Both the position numbers and the translations under genes were made by a program. Of a DNA stretch of 62,773 bases, positions 45,011-53,758 are shown in pieces. Every line of letters starts with the position of its first letter. The first letter of the stretch is position 1. The stretch is from positions 1 to 62,773 of the IMG/VR virus record IMGVR_UViG_3300011921_000007. One strand, written 5' to 3'. The stretch comes from a virus (lineage: Duplodnaviria; Caudoviricetes). The notes under the pieces are model-generated. The model saw only the letters and a program-made list of their open reading frames with translations, did not search any database and had not been told where the DNA came from.

Positions 45011-45277
45011 ATGGAACCAGGCAAAATTATTCCAATGATATTCCCAGTATTGGTTGCAGCAGTTGGATGGATGATTTCAAGTGTTAATAGCATGCAAAAT
45101 GATTTGGTAGATATTCGCTCTAAAATGCCAGCTTTAATAACCGCGCAAGGTGTGCCTACGGATAGCCCGTTATCTGCCGAAGCTCGTAACAAGTTAAAAG
45201 AAGAATTAAACACCAAGATAGGCGAGCTTAATGTTCGCATCCGAATCCTAGAAGAACACGATAAGGACAGAAAATGA
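45011..45277 (+). CDS. Lysis-cassette membrane protein
   Basis: N-terminal TM and coiled coil. Confidence 0.55.
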   Translation: MEPGKIIPMIFPVLVAAVGWMISSVNSMQNDLVDIRSKMPALITAQGVPTDSPLSAEARNKLKEELNTKIGELNVRIRILEEHDKDRK

Positions 45278-45471
45278 ACTTTGATAGCGTAGGCGGTAGA
45301 CGTTTTTTATTTGCGGTAGGACTGACTCTTGTCTCTGCCGGTTTGTTGCTTTCAGGCAAGTTAGCTAGTAGTGACTTTACTAGCATAGTAAACTTTAATG
45401 TAATTGCATTAGTAGCCGGACACACAGCCGATAAGTTTGCAGGGAAAAAGAATGATTCCGCTTCCGCCTAA
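45274..45471 (+). CDS. Putative holin
   Basis: GGRRF + two TM helices + basic tail. Confidence 0.65.
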   Translation: MNFDSVGGRRFLFAVGLTLVSAGLLLSGKLASSDFTSIVNFNVIALVAGHTADKFAGKKNDSASA

Positions 45472-45937
45472 TGTTAAACTGATTGCTGTAGGTGTAGTCC
45501 TTGCCGTGACTTTTGTTGCTGGCTGGACCGTTAATGGCTGGCGTCATGATGGCGCTATGAAAAAAGCACTACAAGAAAAGATAGAGTTGCAACAGGCTTA
45601 CGACGACTATGCTAGGGAAGTAGCTACTAAGTTTCAAAACCAACAAGCTGAACAAGCTATTGTATATAGAAATTTAAAAAGGAAGATACAAGATGTTACG
45701 GATGATAGGATATGTTTTGCTGACGGCAATGCTCTCAGCGTGTGGAACAGCGCTCTTACAGGGGACGTGCCCAAAGCCGCCACAAGAACTACTAAAGAGA
45801 CCCCCAGCACCGATACCGTTACAGACGAACAAGTCCTTACCAACGTCGTAGAAAACTTTGAGCAGGCCAAATCCATACGCGACCAGCTTAATGCACTTAT
45901 TGACTGGTATGAGACCAATGAAACAATAGGTAAGTAA
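45452..45937 (+). CDS. Rz-like spanin
   Basis: N-terminal TM (AGWTVNGWR), coiled coil, Cys; start moved to ATG 45452. Confidence 0.7.
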   Translation: MIPLPPNVKLIAVGVVLAVTFVAGWTVNGWRHDGAMKKALQEKIELQQAYDDYAREVATKFQNQQAEQAIVYRNLKRKIQDVTDDRICFADGNALSVWNSALTGDVPKAATRTTKETPSTDTVTDEQVLTNVVENFEQAKSIRDQLNALIDWYETNETIGK

Positions 45938-45938
45938 T

Positions 45939-47864
45939 ATGCCATTAAAGAAACTAGAATTTAGACCGGGGTTGAACCGTGAAGGTACAGACTATGCCAA
46001 TGAAGGCGGTTGGTACGACGGCGACAAGATACGGTTTCGCTCTGGTTTTCCTGAAAAGATTGGCGGCTGGTCACGTCTATCAAACAATACATACTTAGGT
46101 GTCGCTCGTTCCTTGTGGAATTGGGTTGACTTATCTGGTTCAAACTACCTAGGTATAGGCACTAACATTAAGTACTACATTGAACAAGGCGGTACTTACT
46201 ATGACATTACTCCCTTTAGTACTATTACATCCCCAGACAACGCATTTGCTGCAACTAACGGCTCAAGTACAATTACTGTAACAGACGGGACATATAACCC
46301 TTCAGTAGGAGACTACGTTGTATTTAGCGCAGCGGTATCATTAGGCGGAAACATCACTGCGGCAGTGCTAAATCAAGAATACGAAGTACTTACAGTACCC
46401 TCATCTACAACCTATACTATATCAGCAAGAAGCCCAACAACAGGATTGCCTGTATTAGCTAACGCATCGGATAGTGGTAATGGCGGTACAGCTACCGTCG
46501 CATCTTATGAAGTGCCTATAGGCTTAAACGTATACACTATCGGTACTGGCTGGGGTGCTGGTCCTTGGGGTAGGTTGGGCTGGGGGTCTGGGTATACATC
46601 AGGTATAGGTCAACAACTTCGCTTATGGTCTAATGATAACTTTGGCCAAGACCTTGTAATCGCGCCTCGTGGTGGTGGTATATATTACTGGAAAGACTCA
46701 ACAGGAGTTAATGCTAGAGCGGTATCCTTAAATACACTTTCTACTAATGAAGGCTTTGCTGGTACCTACGTACCGAATACAACTAACCAAGTTGTGGCAT
46801 CTGCCATTCAGAAGTTTGTTATTGCTATGGGGGCTAACCCCTATGAGTCAGGCACTCCTAATACTGATTTTAATCCGATGCTTGTTCGTTGGTCAGACCA
46901 ACTTAATCCATATGAGTGGGTTCCGGCTATTACAAATCAGGCTGGTGAATTCGCACTAACTAGCGGGTCATTTATTGTAGGGGCTAAAGCTACACGCCAA
47001 GAAATTTTGATTTGGACTGATGCAGCGTTATATTCCATGCAGTACCTAGGTGCGCCTTACGTATGGGGTTTTAATATCTTGATGGATAATATTTCTATCA
47101 TGTCTCCTAACGCAATGATAACTGTAAACAACGTAACCTACTGGATGGGTGGGGACAAGTTCTATATGTATTCCGGTCGTGTAGAAACTTTACCGTGTGC
47201 ATTACGTCAGTATGTCTTTAACGATATAAACAAAGACCAATCCTTCCAAGTATTTGCAGGTGGTAACGAAGGCTACAACGAAGTCTGGTGGTTCTACGTA
47301 AGTAACTCAAGTGGCGGAACTACGGTTGATAAGTATGTAATTTATAACTATGTTGACCGTGTTTGGTACTATGGTTCTATGTCACGCAGTGCTTGGTTAG
47401 ATTCAGGCATTCGTCAGTTCCCTATGGCGGCGGACTACAACAACCGTGTCTTATTCCATGAGTCTTCCGTTGACGATAATGCTGGCGAGACTACTTTACC
47501 TATTGTTGCTTATGTGCAGTCTTCTGACTTTGATATTGGTGACGGACATAACTTTGGCTTTGTGTGGCGTATACTGCCTGACGTAAACTTTAATGGCTCT
47601 AATGTAAACCAACCATCGGTAACTATGACTGTTAAACCACGGGTCAACTCAGGAACCCCTTACGGAGCGGCTAACAATCCGTTAGTACGAAGTGCGGACA
47701 ACTTTAGTGTAGGACAGGTATACAACGTGCAGGAATTTACAGGTCAGGTATACACTCGCATTCGTGGTCGTCAGATGGCGTTTAGGATTGAGTCCACAGA
47801 CCTTGGAGTGTCATGGCAGTTGGGTATGCCTCGTATTGATATTAGACCTGATGGGCGTAGATAA
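45939..47864 (+). CDS. Tail nozzle/DNA stabilisation protein (gp10-like)
   Basis: PG.N.E.T...RFR.G.PEKIGGW; WS.DNFG.DL; RWSDQ; PDGRR end. Confidence 0.8.
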   Translation: MPLKKLEFRPGLNREGTDYANEGGWYDGDKIRFRSGFPEKIGGWSRLSNNTYLGVARSLWNWVDLSGSNYLGIGTNIKYYIEQGGTYYDITPFSTITSPDNAFAATNGSSTITVTDGTYNPSVGDYVVFSAAVSLGGNITAAVLNQEYEVLTVPSSTTYTISARSPTTGLPVLANASDSGNGGTATVASYEVPIGLNVYTIGTGWGAGPWGRLGWGSGYTSGIGQQLRLWSNDNFGQDLVIAPRGGGIYYWKDSTGVNARAVSLNTLSTNEGFAGTYVPNTTNQVVASAIQKFVIAMGANPYESGTPNTDFNPMLVRWSDQLNPYEWVPAITNQAGEFALTSGSFIVGAKATRQEILIWTDAALYSMQYLGAPYVWGFNILMDNISIMSPNAMITVNNVTYWMGGDKFYMYSGRVETLPCALRQYVFNDINKDQSFQVFAGGNEGYNEVWWFYVSNSSGGTTVDKYVIYNYVDRVWYYGSMSRSAWLDSGIRQFPMAADYNNRVLFHESSVDDNAGETTLPIVAYVQSSDFDIGDGHNFGFVWRILPDVNFNGSNVNQPSVTMTVKPRVNSGTPYGAANNPLVRSADNFSVGQVYNVQEFTGQVYTRIRGRQMAFRIESTDLGVSWQLGMPRIDIRPDGRR

Positions 47865-48175
47865 TGGCTTATAACACCCCGTTAAAGAATACGCAGCTAC
47901 GTGCACCGAAGGCACCGAACTTACCCATTGCGCCAGTTGAGTATAGCCAGCAGTATGTAGACCAACTAACCAATGCGTTACGACTTTACTTTGGGCAAGT
48001 TGATAATATAACACAAGCGTTAACAATACCTGATTCAGGTGTAACAGCAGACAGACCTATAAGCACTACGTTTGTTAAGCTACAGATAGGTCAATACTAT
48101 TTTGATACTACCATAGGAAGACCTATATGGTGGAACGGTACTAACTGGATAAACGCTAGTGGTACTGTGGTTTAA
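47864..48175 (+). CDS. Tail-associated protein
   Basis: P.LP.AP.EY...LRLYF; G.T..RP...G..YFDTT.G.PIWW.G..W. Confidence 0.7.
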   Translation: MAYNTPLKNTQLRAPKAPNLPIAPVEYSQQYVDQLTNALRLYFGQVDNITQALTIPDSGVTADRPISTTFVKLQIGQYYFDTTIGRPIWWNGTNWINASGTVV

Positions 48176-48215
48176 TACATGATATTATTCGCTTAAATAA
48201 ACAAGGAATTGCAAT

Positions 48216-49874
48216 ATGTTCAACAACAAATTCAGTAGACTTTTACCCCATCCCGGCTATAACATAGGCGGTGGTATTGGCGAAGCCGCTCTTCTTGGTG
48301 CGGCATTTGGCGGTGCTAAAGGGTTAGTTACTGGTGAAAACATATTAGAAAGTGCCTTGGTGGGTGGTGCTACTAGTGCGCTTACTGGTGGTATATTTGG
48401 TGGTTCAGCTGATGTTGCCGCTACTACGGTCGCTGATGAAGCTCAAAAACAAGCCGCTGAAGCAGCAATGACAGGTGGTGTTGGTATAGGTAACTTCGGT
48501 ATAAATGAAGGTGTTAAACAATCCTTAACGGATTTTGGTGCGTATGGTGCTAAAGACTTTATGTCCGCCGTGGACCCAGGTGGTTTAAACGCCGCGTTGA
48601 ACGTTGCCCCACAAACTGCCCAGTCTGCAGGTCTTGCAGCAATTAACCCTAACGCCACAAGCATGATGCAGAATCTTGGTACCACTGCCGTACCAGTCAC
48701 AGAAGCCATTCAAGCTCCAATAGAGTTAGGTACAGAAGTATTTAACCCTGCTCTTGCACAACAAGAATTACTGAAACAATCAGTTTACAACCCAACGCAA
48801 ACCACGGGAATTAGGGGCATGTTAAACGTTAAACCCGGCAGCATGACTTCAAATGCATTAGACTACTGGGATAAACAAGACACGCTAGGTAAAGCGGGCA
48901 TTTCCGCTTTAGGCGGCGCTGCATATGGTGCATTAACTGCACCAATGCCTGAAGTAGAACCACTTAAGAAACAAGAAAGCAAGCTAGCTGGTTTTGATGC
49001 ACAACGCTTTACCCCATACATGCCAACACAACCTAACCCATATTATCGTGCTCAATACGCTGCTCAAGGTGGTGTAATGAACGCTTACGCACAAGGTGGT
49101 ATTGCTGCTTTAGCAGGGGGTAGTTATCCAATGGGTAGACAAGATAACACTCAATTTGCAACGCCCACCCAAATGCCTACAAGTGCAGAATTAATTCGCT
49201 CAGACTACGAACCGGTTGAAATGGCTGATGGTGGTATGACAGGATTAGGTGACCGAATAGATGCACGAGGGAATTATAATCCTAATATTGGGCTTGGGAT
49301 GCGTAAATTTTGGGATGGTGGCGGTCGACCAGACTCAGAACCGGCACCGCATAACCCGTTAGCTAACTTTGTCGTATCGCAGGCATCGCCTAATGTATAC
49401 CGACAAATAGCACAAGTAGCAACCAACCCTGCCGTACAACAAGCGGTTCTAGGCGGGTCGCAGAATTATTCTTTAGCTGACTCCTTACCTTTACTACAAG
49501 CATCAAACCCTAGTATCGCGGCTATGTACGCATCGCCAAGCACCTCAAGCGCTCCAGTTGAAGGAAAAGCACAGGGTGGTATCGCTGGATATAATTTAGG
49601 TGGCTATGCTGCTGGTGGTAATCCTCGTTTGCTTAAAGGTCCTGGTGACGGTATGAGTGACGATATTCCTGCTACGATTGGTAATAGACAGCCAGCCCGT
49701 CTTGCTGATGGTGAGTTTGTAGTGCCAGCTGATGTGGTAAGTCACTTAGGTAATGGTTCGACTGATGCAGGTGCTAAACACTTATACCGCATGATGGACA
49801 AAGTTCGTAAGGCTCGCACCGGTAGTAAGAAACAAGGTAAGCAAATTAAACCTGCTAAGTACATGCCTGCATGA
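48216..49874 (+). CDS. Internal virion/ejection protein
   Basis: Gly/Ala-rich TM-like N-terminus; C-terminal GPGDG.SD.IPA...LADGEFV domain. Confidence 0.7.
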   Translation: MFNNKFSRLLPHPGYNIGGGIGEAALLGAAFGGAKGLVTGENILESALVGGATSALTGGIFGGSADVAATTVADEAQKQAAEAAMTGGVGIGNFGINEGVKQSLTDFGAYGAKDFMSAVDPGGLNAALNVAPQTAQSAGLAAINPNATSMMQNLGTTAVPVTEAIQAPIELGTEVFNPALAQQELLKQSVYNPTQTTGIRGMLNVKPGSMTSNALDYWDKQDTLGKAGISALGGAAYGALTAPMPEVEPLKKQESKLAGFDAQRFTPYMPTQPNPYYRAQYAAQGGVMNAYAQGGIAALAGGSYPMGRQDNTQFATPTQMPTSAELIRSDYEPVEMADGGMTGLGDRIDARGNYNPNIGLGMRKFWDGGGRPDSEPAPHNPLANFVVSQASPNVYRQIAQVATNPAVQQAVLGGSQNYSLADSLPLLQASNPSIAAMYASPSTSSAPVEGKAQGGIAGYNLGGYAAGGNPRLLKGPGDGMSDDIPATIGNRQPARLADGEFVVPADVVSHLGNGSTDAGAKHLYRMMDKVRKARTGSKKQGKQIKPAKYMPA

Positions 49875-50284
49875 TAATTCAATCTGTTAATCCAACGCAT
49901 ATCCATCAGTTGTGGGGTAAAGTTGGTCCGATGTTAGAATCAGCATGTGATGTAGCATTAGGTGATTTAGATTGCACGATTGACCAGTTAAAGCTTCAGC
50001 TAGTAGGCGGAGCGCAAACGCTATTGGTAGCGGTAGAAGACGGTGATATTAAAGGCGCCGCATCCATTTCGGTGGTATCATTACCGAATCATAGGGTTGC
50101 AATATTAACAGCCACTGGGGGCAGAGGTATTACAAACCCAGACGTTATGAATCAAGTAGTTGCATGGGCCAAATCTCAAGGCGCTACGAAATTAAGGGCG
50201 CATGCCTCGGGTGCACGCATTCGATTGTACCGACAACAACTTGGACTAATTGCTACTGAAACAGTAGTGGAGAAATTGATATGA
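49871..50284 (+). CDS. GNAT-like acetyltransferase-fold protein
   Basis: GG.G...WAK..G...R.Y..LG pattern among ejection genes. Confidence 0.55.
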   Translation: MIIQSVNPTHIHQLWGKVGPMLESACDVALGDLDCTIDQLKLQLVGGAQTLLVAVEDGDIKGAASISVVSLPNHRVAILTATGGRGITNPDVMNQVVAWAKSQGATKLRAHASGARIRLYRQQLGLIATETVVEKLI

Positions 50285-52077
50285 AATTACTAGACGGCGG
50301 TTTTTGGGATTTTATTAGCCCATCAAAAGTTGTGGAAATGCTTACATTTTATGTAGGTGGTGGCAGTGCTCCTGCCCAAACAACTTCAACTGTTAACCAA
50401 TCCAACTTACCTGAGTATGTTCAGCCGTATGTTGAGTCAATGCTGGGTGCTGCTCAAAAACAAGTCTACACTATGGGTACCGACGCTGAAGGTAGGGATA
50501 CGGTTACTGGTTTTCAAAAGTACACACCATACAGCACCAACATGAATGACTACCAAGCTGGGTTTTCACCCATGCAACAACAATCATTCCAAGGCGCAGC
50601 TAACTTACAAACCCCCGGTCAATTTGGTGCTGGTTCACAACTAGCAGGTGCATCAGGTTTAGGCTCATTAGGTATAGCTGGTCAAGCTGCTAATCTAGGA
50701 CAACAAGCTACTAACGTAGGTATGGGTGGTTTAGGCTATGGGGCATTAGGTGCAGGCTACGGGGCATTAGGTGCAGGGGCTGGTCAGAACGCGGCTGATA
50801 TAGGTAGTTTAGGTACAAGCTTAGGATTACAAGCCGCTCGTCAAGCTTCTCGACAAGGCGCTAACGTAGCTAATCAAGCTATGGGTTACGGCGCATTAGG
50901 TTCTCAAGCAGGTCAACAAGCCGCTGGGTACGGTCAGTTAGGTTCTCAAGCAGGTCAACAAGCTGCAGGTTACGGCGCAATGGGTGCAGGGTATGGTGCT
51001 CAAGCAGGTCAGGCAGGGGCTAACTTTGCACAGCAAGCTACAAACCCCAATGCGGTTCAAGCATATATGAACCCATACTTACAGGCTTCGCTTAACCCGC
51101 AACTTGATGAGATGCGTCGTCAGTATGGTATACAACAAACCAATCAGATGAGCAACGCGACTAAGCAAGGTGCATTTGGTGGCTCACGCGAAGCGTTAAT
51201 GGCAGCTGAAAACCAACGTAATATGAATGAAGCCATGAACGATGCTATTGCTAGAGGATACAGCACAGCGTTTGAAAAAGCCCAACAGCAACAACAGTTC
51301 GGTGCTAATTTAGGTTTACAAGGTCAGCAAGCCGCTATGCAAGGCGCTGGCTTAGGTATTACAGGTCAAAACGCTGCTATGCAGGGTGCTCAAACAGGTA
51401 TTAGTGGTCAACAAGCCGCTATGCAAGGTGCTCAAACAGGTCTATCAGGTTTAGGTCAAGCACTGTCCGGTTATGGTCTAGGATTACAAGGTGCGCAGAC
51501 TGGGCTTCAAGGTGTAGGTCAGGGCATTTCAGGTGAGCAAGCTGCTATGCAAGGTGCAGGTCTTGGTATGCAAGGTGCAGGTATGGGCTTACAAGGCATT
51601 GGTACCGCTCTGCAAGGGTTTGGTCAAGGTCAACAAGGGTTTGGTACAGCACTTCAAGGTTACGGTCAAACGGGTCAAGCCGCTGGTACATTAGGTCAAC
51701 TAGGTACACAACAACTTGCCGCACAGCAAGGTATCTTAGGCACACAAAACCAATTCGGTGGTCAACAACAAGCCCAAGAACAAGCTAAGATTAACCAAGC
51801 AATCCAAAACTACGCAACAGAACAGCAGTTCCCAATGCTACAATTGGGCAATATCAGCAGCTTGTTACGTGGTTTACCAATGCAGTCAACTACAACACAG
51901 ACATACCAAGCACAGCCGGGTCTTGCTTCTCAGATTGGTGCGTTGGGTACAGGTGCAATTGGTCTATCTAAACTAGCAGGTGCTAAGGCTGGTGGCAGTG
52001 CAAAAGATATTAGTAAACGCGGTGGTACAGGCATTGATGAAATGCACTTACATGAATTGTTGAGCTATAAGGAATAA
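50281..52077 (+). CDS. DNA transfer/ejection protein
   Basis: GGG...TTS, YMNPY, GAFGGSR, long G/Q/A heptad repeats. Confidence 0.75.
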   Translation: MKLLDGGFWDFISPSKVVEMLTFYVGGGSAPAQTTSTVNQSNLPEYVQPYVESMLGAAQKQVYTMGTDAEGRDTVTGFQKYTPYSTNMNDYQAGFSPMQQQSFQGAANLQTPGQFGAGSQLAGASGLGSLGIAGQAANLGQQATNVGMGGLGYGALGAGYGALGAGAGQNAADIGSLGTSLGLQAARQASRQGANVANQAMGYGALGSQAGQQAAGYGQLGSQAGQQAAGYGAMGAGYGAQAGQAGANFAQQATNPNAVQAYMNPYLQASLNPQLDEMRRQYGIQQTNQMSNATKQGAFGGSREALMAAENQRNMNEAMNDAIARGYSTAFEKAQQQQQFGANLGLQGQQAAMQGAGLGITGQNAAMQGAQTGISGQQAAMQGAQTGLSGLGQALSGYGLGLQGAQTGLQGVGQGISGEQAAMQGAGLGMQGAGMGLQGIGTALQGFGQGQQGFGTALQGYGQTGQAAGTLGQLGTQQLAAQQGILGTQNQFGGQQQAQEQAKINQAIQNYATEQQFPMLQLGNISSLLRGLPMQSTTTQTYQAQPGLASQIGALGTGAIGLSKLAGAKAGGSAKDISKRGGTGIDEMHLHELLSYKE

Positions 52078-52079
52078 GT

Positions 52080-53750
52080 ATGAATAACCCAATGAGCCAA
52101 ATGGCGGACGCACAAAAGCTAACAATTACACAGCTACAACAATCACTGCGCAACGGTACGATAGACCCACAAGTGGGTCAGATTGTTTTGGCTTCTAAGA
52201 TTAAACAAGCTAAAGAGGCTAAGGCAGCCATGGCCGCTCAAATGCCTAAACAACCACCAGTCGCACAACAAAACCTAGCGTATAACCAAGGCGTGGATGC
52301 ACTGCCTACTAACTTACCTGCTCAAGGCATGGCTGAGGGTGGCATCATTTCGTTTGCTGGTGGTGATTTAGTCAGGTCTGCTGCAGGTATATCACCTTTT
52401 GGTACAGCTGCTAACACGTTAGGTAATGTTATGGATATCGCTTCAGGCCCTGCCGCTGCTGATATTGCCGGTGTGATTAGAAAAGTAGGTGAAGTAGAAG
52501 CCGATTACTTACGTCGTGTGTCTGCTACTACAGGCATTCCTCTTGCTACGCTGATGGCTAGCAAAGACCAAACTCGCCCTATGGCTCCAAAAGGTACTCC
52601 ACAAGGCGGCCCAATGGGTGTCCCCGGTAGTGACTTTGCTGAAAGACAAAAACAATTCTTTGCAAACTACAAAGGTAGTTACCAACCACAAGTTGAAGGT
52701 GCTGCTGGTATCGATGCGGGTGCGGGTGCTGGTGCGGGTGCTGGTGCGGGTGCTGGTGGCGCTCGTGGGGCAGGTACTCAAGGCATTGCTGGTGGGTATA
52801 AAATTAAACCATACGATGATTCAGAATTAAAAGCCATGTTAGCGGAAGAATTGAACCCTGCTACTGGCAAGCGTTGGACGTATGAAGAGAAAGCCGCTGA
52901 AAACCGTAAGCAAGGTGAATCTGCTGGCATTGACTACGATGTGTATAAATCGCAACGTGAAGAACTTAATAAGCTTAAAGAGAAGTCTGACAAGCGTTCT
53001 AAACTAGACGAAGCTATGCCTTGGTTTGCGGCGTCAGAAGCATTTGCTCGTCAGCCTAAAGCTGGTGAAGCCCCTCAATCAAACATCGGTGCTATTACTA
53101 GCGCATTAGGTGCATACGGTAAATCAGCTACAGAACTTGATGAAAAAGAACTAGCCCGTCAAGATAAGATTCGTGCCGAAGGCAATGCATTAGCCCTAGC
53201 GCAAAACGCTTTTGCACAAGCACAGTTCTCCGGCAACAAGGCTGACGTAAAAGAATCGCAAAATGCGATAAAAGCTATACGTACTAACTTGGCTAACCTA
53301 GGGGTTGAGTCCACTAAAGCACAAAACAAAGTTGCTGAAGACGTGTACAAAGCTGAAACAGATATGGCTAGGACTCAAGTGTCTGCGGCAGCGTCTAAGT
53401 ATGCAGCTGATAAAGCACAAAACACAATCAGTGGTATTGTTGCTACGCTTATGAATGATGACCCTAGCCTAACTAAATCAGAAGCTACAAAACGAGCCTA
53501 TGAAATTAGTAACCCCGGCTTTGGTTCTATCGCTCAACGTGATGTGGCTTCACAACGCGCTGCTATCAATGCACAAATCGTTAAGCTACAAGGTACACCA
53601 GCATACTCTACTACAGATAAAGCGGCGAAAGACAAACAACTAGCCGCACTTCAACAGCAGTTAATGGCAATAGGAACTGGTGCGGGTGCTGATATTACTG
53701 GAGCTCCAAGCGCAAATACGGTATCATTTAGCCAATTGAATCCTGGTTAG
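52080..53750 (+). CDS. Ejection protein
   Basis: MAEGGIISFAGG, helical/coiled; position in ejection cluster. Confidence 0.65.
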   Translation: MNNPMSQMADAQKLTITQLQQSLRNGTIDPQVGQIVLASKIKQAKEAKAAMAAQMPKQPPVAQQNLAYNQGVDALPTNLPAQGMAEGGIISFAGGDLVRSAAGISPFGTAANTLGNVMDIASGPAAADIAGVIRKVGEVEADYLRRVSATTGIPLATLMASKDQTRPMAPKGTPQGGPMGVPGSDFAERQKQFFANYKGSYQPQVEGAAGIDAGAGAGAGAGAGAGGARGAGTQGIAGGYKIKPYDDSELKAMLAEELNPATGKRWTYEEKAAENRKQGESAGIDYDVYKSQREELNKLKEKSDKRSKLDEAMPWFAASEAFARQPKAGEAPQSNIGAITSALGAYGKSATELDEKELARQDKIRAEGNALALAQNAFAQAQFSGNKADVKESQNAIKAIRTNLANLGVESTKAQNKVAEDVYKAETDMARTQVSAAASKYAADKAQNTISGIVATLMNDDPSLTKSEATKRAYEISNPGFGSIAQRDVASQRAAINAQIVKLQGTPAYSTTDKAAKDKQLAALQQQLMAIGTGAGADITGAPSANTVSFSQLNPG

Positions 53751-53758
53751 GAATTAGC

